DNA of 64,000 nt, from assembly GCA_951406725.2 (NCBI GenBank), contig OX597820.1:106330001-106394000 (forward strand), written 5' to 3'. Both the position numbers and the translations under genes were made by a program. This document shows, piece by piece, positions 56,745 to 64,000 of this stretch; position 1 is the first letter of the stretch; each line of letters opens with the position of its first letter. The notes under the pieces were generated by a model. That model was not told the DNA's origin. It searched no databases and saw only the letters and a list, made by a program, of their open reading frames with translations. This DNA comes from Octopus vulgaris. Lineage: Eukaryota.

Positions 56745-57286
56745 CTCTGGAATGTTTTAGTCTTATAAGACTTCTTCAGAGACATCATGAATTACTGTAC
56801 TTATCCTTGGGCACTATCTTTATGAAAAACACAATAGTCACGTTACTTTTAACACAGATAATGTAGGGAGTGTCAAATATTAATAGCTAACTAGAATATG
56901 TTAACATCCTATTGAAAATTGTCTTAGTAAAAAGCCTAGTTCTATTATGATTCCATTACAAAACAGAAATGAATGATAGAGAAAAGGTTTAGGTTTTTTT
57001 TGTTCCTTTAAATTAAAGAGTTTCTTATTTTGTTCAGAAGTGAAAGTAAACTAGGTTGGTACACTTTGTGGGATATTGTGCATTTCAAAATGGGCTGACC
57101 AGTGCAGTCTCGTGCAGTATTGCGTTGCACAGGAAGCGAAATGTTTGACTTTAAAAGCATCTAAGAGTTAGGTATCATTTAAACATTTCTACTATCTTTC
57201 TACACCTACTATCTTTCTCCCATCACTATTAGAATGAGGTCTGTGCTTTACTGAAGAAGTCTCATAAGGCCAAAACATGTTTGAAG
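56745..57286. mobile_element. Old Penelope-type remnant bounded by two outward-facing decayed hammerhead motifs
   Basis: Minus CTGAAGA-AGTCT-TATA-AGACT-AAAAC (56745-56783); plus CTTTA-CTGAAGA-AGTCT-CATA-AGGCC-AAAAC-AT-GTT-TGAAG (57246-57286). Confidence 0.5.
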
Positions 57287-57845
57287 TTGCCTTACATGTT
57301 TGTTGAAAGAATTAAAATAATGTTATTAATCAATGACTATATTGCTTTTTCTCAATATATAGTTATGTCTAGTGTTTATTATATTTTTTTTATAATCCCT
57401 GCATTAAATATGTTAACATTAGCTTAACCAAGAGAATAATTGTTTGGTTATATGAAGAGAAAGCAGATCTCTGCTAAAAATAAATCTTCTGGTTAGCGGC
57501 TGCTAGGTTTAGATAAAGTTTCCCCACTCCTTGGTCGACCAGCTGCAGTCAGTTTCATGTTTAATCTTGTTTTTGTTTTCTTCTTTTTTTGTTTTTGTAT
57601 GTGTGTGTGTGTGTGTGGGTGCATTTATTTTAAATAGTAGCTGGCAAAGTTTCCAGAGAAATTGAAAGTTGGATGTAGAAAATGAAGAATTTAGTGTGGT
57701 GGGTGGGTAGCATGTTTCTCTGACCATATAAGGCTGAACTTAAATTTTACATTATAGTACAAAATAATGGAATATTTGATTCTATTCCCATTGTTGCCTT
57801 ATGTTTATTAGTATTAAGATACATTTCTGTTTCTGTTTGTTTTAG

Positions 57846-57997
57846 GTTACATCAGGAAGCTTGGCTGCCAAATGTGGACTCCAATCAGGAGATATTATTT
57901 TGAAGATTGGCAAGTTAGTTGCCGAGACTCTCAAACACAAAGAAGCACAAGATGCCATTCTTTCTTATGGAAATAAACTTGATCTTTTATTGCAAAG
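57846..57997 (+). CDS. Coding exon 2 of the PDZ protein: VTSGSLAAKCGLQSGDIILKIGKLVAETLKHKEAQDAILSYGNKLDLLLQ(R)
   Basis: TTTAG acceptor, GTAAAG donor, 152 nt; GSLAA..GL..GD.I..I and H.EAQ.AI motifs complete the PDZ fold; absent from the ORF track. Confidence 0.93.
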
Positions 57998-58212
57998 GTA
58001 AAGAGCTACAATGTGAAAACGTTATATTGATACATACTTGCATATAAATACACACACACACATATGTATATGTATGTATATATATATATATATATATATA
58101 TGCACATGTGTTTCATTTATGTACTTTAAATCAGTCATTTTTCAGCTTCTTTCCACAGCAAGAAAACGGTATTTATTGAATTGGTTTAAGCACTAATTAC
58201 TTATAAAGGAGA

Positions 58213-58259
<47 letters not shown>

Positions 58260-61200
58260 GTGATTGGTTTTACTTTTTATGGTATGCTTAGCATCTGCTT
58301 ATTTAGAATGCCAATGTTTTATTTCTTATAGAAAACTAAGAATATCATGTCTAGATTAGGACCTTTGATCGGATGGGGATAACATACCAGGGAAATTAAT
58401 CATTCTATTATGGTGGTAATGGAATGATGCTTGCTGCTTGATGGGTGAAAAGGTACTGAATGAAATGGAACTATAGTAGTAGGATAGAAGTAAACTGCAG
58501 AATTAACTAATAATAATTAACACAGACCTCATAACATTAAGCTTTCCAGATAAGACAATACAAGGTCATGATGTATGGGTATATAATTAATGTATTACAG
58601 ATTAATCAAGTAGTGATAAAATTAGTTGGTGAATTGGCAGAGTTTATTAAAGCATCAGTTAGAATATTCCGTATGTGATATGTATTTCAACTCTCTGAGT
58701 TTTGAGTTCAAATCTCACCATGGTCAACTTCATTTTTCATCCTTTCAGGGTCAATAAAAACATACCAATCCAAGAGTAGTGAATTGATGGAACTAAGAAT
58801 GTTAAACTGCAAGATTTGTTCTGGCTGTTTGCATTCTGAGTTCAAATCCTACCATGGCCAACTTGAGTGATAGACTTACTCTGTCACCCAGTTTAATGGC
58901 ACCACTAGATACCTTCGGTGCTTTTAGCAGACTTTATTCTATCGCAAGCATTTGGTCATGGTTGCTGCTTTGAGGATACCTTCCTGCCTCACTCCTTCCC
59001 ACTATTTCTTTAAAGGATCTTGAACACTACCTTCCCTCCTGACTAAAACAGTTAAGGACTCTAATCTATTATCTTGATTAACATTATTTAGGATGAAGTT
59101 TCATGTTTGGTTGTTGATGATCAGGGTCATTGTGGATAAAAACAAGTTCTTTGTGAGCAAGAGACAGTTCACTGTGTGTAAAAGACAGATCATTATGAGT
59201 AAGTCAGATCATTATAGGTAAAAAATATCATTGTGGGTAAGAGACAGTCCAGTGGATAATAGAGAGTTCATTGTGGGTAATAGTTTGTTGTGAGTAAAAG
59301 ACAGATTTTATTTAGAAATAATTAGATTACACATAGCAGCCATCAAAATTTAAATATTTAAATTTCCAAGTTGAAATTGAAACTTTGGTTTGTGTGATTA
59401 AGACCATGTAGTAACAATGATTATTGTAACTCAGATCGATGATGTGGTTAACCAATCTACATAAAAATATGATTGCAATATGTTAAATATGTTACAATCA
59501 TGCACATGGCTGTTGATGTGCAGCCCCACAACTCAAAAGTTGGTCAAACAGAGCATTTTACTTCTTTTTGTTTAGTCATCCTACCTTTATTTTCTACCTT
59601 GCCGCCTTACAAGTTTTTGAGTTTTGCAAATCCATTGAGAACATGGATAGTGATTATGTAAAAGTTCCTTCATTGATTTGTGTTGTGTGTGTGTGTGTGT
59701 GCACATGCACAGAGTTGATCAATTCTATAAAGCGACTCTATATTGGATAGTGGATTCATTTCATGCTGAAAAGAAAAAAAGAAAATGAAAATCATTGTGA
59801 TTAGTTCTCACTTCTCTCCTTACTAATTATTTCTTGCAAAACCTCCTTAATAGCTTAAATGTTGATTTCCTGTTTACAGCAATAGTGGAACATTTTACAG
59901 TAGTTAATTTTATGGTTTTCTTACAGTGGTAATTTAAGCAAAGTGTTTGTGTGTGTGAGTGTAATTTTAGCATTTATCAGAGTTGCAAATAAATCAATTT
60001 CCTTAATAGTAGTTACTGGTTTTCTGAAATGGTCTCTCTTATATTTATAATAAAGAAGGCCAAAAGGATTGAGCAAGATTTGGTCCCTTCTCTTACAAAG
60101 GACAGAAAACTCTAAATAAGAACCAACTTGCACTATGTTGACCTGTCTAACCGATACTACTATGGAAAGTGGATATAAAATGAAGATGATATGCAGCAAA
60201 ACATCCTCCCAGAATCACCATTCTCAATAAACGTTCTAACAGCAAATGCACAGTGTGCATTGGTCCAAACAATGATGGTAATGGAAAAGAACATGGCAAA
60301 ACATTAGTTGCATCAAGACACCATTACCATCAAATCACTAGCACCAAATCATGGTGTCACAGTACATTCTGTAAAGTGGTTGGCATTAGGAAGGGCATCC
60401 AGCTGTAGAAATCGAGCCAAAATGGACGATGGAACCTGATGTAACCCCTGGCCTTGCCAGTTCCTATCAAGCCGTCCTACTCATGCCCACATGGAAAACA
60501 GATGTTACATGATGATGATAACACCAATGACTATGGGAGGGTTTTCTGATGTTTCCCATAACCTGTACTATTATAGAAAAATAAACAAATATGATAGGAA
60601 ACGTAACTTCATTTAAAAATTCAAAGCCACCAGCATATAAATTTCATCTTCTGGAAAATTAATTGATCCTTGATATACTGAAACATTTTCTTAACAAAAT
60701 ATTGTTTCTTCTTGTTATTATTTACAGGATTAATATTTAGAATAGTTATGTATTGACACATAACTATCCCCCCTCCCTCTCTCTCTTTCTCCCTTTCTCA
60801 TATCACATCTTAGATTAGTATTTTTATAACTGACGTTCCCTTCAGAAAGAACACTTGAGGCCCTATGAGAGGGTCACTAGGGTTTCTGCAGGAAATCGTA
60901 ATCAACTAATTATTTAGAAATATAATTTTGTCTTTAATTTCATATTCATTAGTTAGCAAGGTAAACTTAGAGGAAAAATTACCCCTTAACTCTTTTGATA
61001 CCAACAACATTTCCTGTTTTAAAGTGATCTAAATTAAAACCTTCTATAAAAATTTTGCTGTTCCAAACATCAATTTAATCACAAAGATATTTTACTAAAT
61101 TCTTCATTATTTTCAAAATTAATTGAAACAAAGGCAGTGTGTTTTAGTAGAAATATGTTAACAGTGACCATCTTAATAGGGAATAAAGGATTTGGGTCTA

Positions 61201-62239
61201 AACAAAGTCTTGGTTAATATGAAATTTCTTACACTTTTGTGGCATCTGATGGAGATAAAACTGACAGACCACTGAAAGACAGTATTCTTGATTTGTTTAA
61301 TCTCGTAAAATTTAACATAAATGATAGAGAAAGAAAAAGTATTAATACATATACATAATGATTTTTTAGATATGGATTATCTGGAACATTCAATGGACAT
61401 AAAGGGTTCCCCAAAAGATACAGTGTTGGGAAATGCTGCTCCTGCCTAATCCCATTTTCATTGCAATAAGTCTTGTAACAAGCTGTTTCACTATAGACAT
61501 ACTCATAAATAGTGTGTATATGTATGTTTGTGTATGTGTGTGTGTTAATATTTAGCAGAAGTAACAGAGTGACTAAGGGTTGAGAGTTTCATGCATTGGC
61601 AGAGGGTTGCTCGTAACCAATTGTCAGACCTCAATATACTTATATTTCATGGCATTAGTAAAGTTTGGCAGCAAGGTGGGGTGAATTATTAGATCTTTTG
61701 TGCTCTGAACTTTAATATAAATGATCGACTTATTAGAGAGCATATTATTGATAAACAAATGACAAAGGAACCGGTGTCTGGCTTTAGGGAGATATATACA
61801 TTAACTTACATATGTTTCTGCTATAAGGAACTGGGCACCCAAAGTTAAGTGCCAGTGCAACATCTTATAGCTTTCTTTGAACCACTGTGCATGTGGAAGA
61901 GAAAGAGAAGACTTTGATGGCATCTTTCATGCACATGCAATGCATATGGAAGCTATCAGTTGCCTAAGGTAATCATGGGACAAAGTGGTGAAGATTGATC
62001 TGAAGAAGTTAATTCTTATGAAAGAGATGATGAATGGTGAAATGCTTTGCCATAGAAAACCCTGCTGAGACCATTTAAACTTGACAAAATGAATGTACAG
62101 AAGATAATAGTAGTGTTGGTAGGGGATGTATACTAGCTACATTTTAGTCCACCCCATGCCAACATGGACAACAGACACTAAATGATGATATATATATTTA
62201 TATATACACACACACACACAGCACACACACGCAATCAGG

Positions 62240-62395
62240 CCTATATACAGTTTCTGTCTACCACATTCACTCAAAATGTATTGGTTGGCTAAGGGCTATA
62301 GTCTAGACACTTACATGAGGTGCCATGTAGTGGGACTGAACCTGAAACTATGTGGTTGCAATGCAAGCTTTGTAAGCACATGGCGATGCCTGTGC
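62240..62395 (-). mobile_element. Diverged SINE family A head
   Basis: Homology to 1690-1843. Confidence 0.55.
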
Positions 62396-63591
62396 CTTGT
62401 CAACATTTCTCACACATAACTCACGACTTTCTATCAGGATGTGGCAAGGCAAGCAATTGGCTATTATGAATTAACTCCTGCATCAGTGCAACATTTATGG
62501 ATTATCTGAAAACATCTCTCTCTCTCCCCCTCCCCCCTGCTCTCACCACCACCTGTCTTTATTGCCATCCATCACTCTCTCCCTCCTTCTCACACAGTAT
62601 CTCCTCTATTTCTTATTATTAACATCCACCATTCTCTCTTACCCCATGATGCCATTCCTATGTTTTCTATTCAATCTCCTTATGAACAACCCACATATAG
62701 CTGTCTGAAATTCCTTCACTCTTTTCCTTTGTTATTTTCTCTATCACCGTCTCACTCCTTGTACTCCTAGATCTCCCATCTTGTTCTCTACTCTACTCTC
62801 CTAATCATGTTGCCTCACATGAATAAACACACTGAACATTAGAAAGGATTCTTTAGTCTTGTTGAGGACACCTCAGCCTTTCTAGTGCTGGTGCCATTAT
62901 AAAATGCACATAGCATACTCTGCAAAGTGGTTGGTGTTAGGAACAGTATTCAGCTGTTGAAACCATGCCAAAAAATTGAGTGTAAGAGCAAGACATGATC
63001 CCCCTAACATACCCAGGTCGGCAGTGACTCCTAATTGACCTACCCAACACATATCAGCATGGAAAAACTGACTGGTGGTGGTGGTGGCAGCGGCAGCAGC
63101 TGTTGTTGTTGTTTGGTATATTTAACCTTTAGCATTTAAATTGGCTATATCTGGTCGAGATATCATACCTGTTTTATGCTCACACATACCCTACATTGTC
63201 AGTTTAAAAATAAACAGTCAAATCTTTGAGATCTTGAAGCTACAAGATAGAGCATGATTAATTCAAAAGCAATGTGAATAAATAAGCATTAGATTTGACC
63301 AAGTAATCTGAATGCCAAAGGGTCAAACATATCTGTCTAATATTATTAACATTATATTGTTCCAATTCTCTTTACTCCGAGTTCAAATCCCACTGAATTC
63401 AACTTTGCCTTCCATCCTTTTGTGGGTTGATAAAAATGTACCAACCCAAAGCAGTGGATTGGCAGATCTTTTCAAGTGATATATAATAGTGAACCCCAAT
63501 TATTTTTTGCATCACAGACTGGTTTCCTACCAGATCATTTTTCCACAGACCAAGGGAATCATGTGCATAACAAAACACAATAAAAGGCATA

Positions 63592-64000
63592 ATCATCATC
63601 ATTTAATGTACATTTTTCCATAGTGGCATGGGTTGGATGGTTTGACAGGAGCTGGCCACCCCAAGAGCTGCCCAGGCTCCATCTCTGTATTAGCATGGTT
63701 GCTACAACTGGATGCTCTTCCTAACACCAACCACTTTTCAGAATGTACTTGGGTGCTTTTATGCAGCACTGACATGAGCACTTTTATGTGGCACTGGCAC
63801 AGGTGCTTATTATATGGCACCAGCACCCATAGCCTGCAAGATTAGGATCACTCAGCTGAAAGAGGGTTGTAGGTGACATGCCTGTAAGCAAAGGACAATC
63901 ACGATTTTACTTAGCTTGACGTGTCTTCTCAAGCACAGCAAAACACCAGAAGTCTCAGTCCCTTGTCATCCCCTCTGAGACCCAATGTCTGAAGATCCTT
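63592..64000 (-). mobile_element. Diverged RTE 3' end running off the window
   Basis: (ATC)n-ATTTAA...GCATGGGTTGGATGG...GGATGCTCTTCCTAACACCAACCAC. Confidence 0.7.

Noticed and set aside
59125-59310. Degenerate ~20-bp repeats (CATTGTGGGTAAGAGACAG)
   Set aside because: Old minisatellite with no further structure
57998-64000. Third exon of the PDZ gene
   Set aside because: No convincing phase-compatible exon seen; it probably lies beyond the window

Overview
AT-rich animal genomic DNA. The repeat repertoire (tRNA-derived SINEs with internal (TA)n, RTE 3' tails ending in (GAT)n, CR1-like LINEs, Penelope-like elements, very long (TA)n/(CA)n tracts) looks like an octopus/coleoid cephalopod; this is my recognition, not a database result. 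The only host gene I can support is the 5' part of a PDZ-domain (PDZ-LIM/Zasp-like) gene on the + strand: coding exon 1 at 6579-6689 and coding exon 2 at 57846-57997, separated by a 51-kb phase-0 intron. About 14 kb of that intron (18686-32565) is repeated after a 100-N gap (32666-46503), most likely an assembly artefact. The intron is packed with retroelements nested in (TA)n tracts. The most notable signals are: several minimal hammerhead-ribozyme motifs of Penelope-like elements, often in outward-facing fold-back arrangements; tandem arrays of a compact H-type-pseudoknot-like motif in RTE 3' UTRs; a co-varying 3' stem-loop shared by CR1-like LINEs and SINEs; and long perfect hairpins. There is no prokaryotic system and no CRISPR array. 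Repeat boundaries are read by eye and are approximate unless stated as exact.
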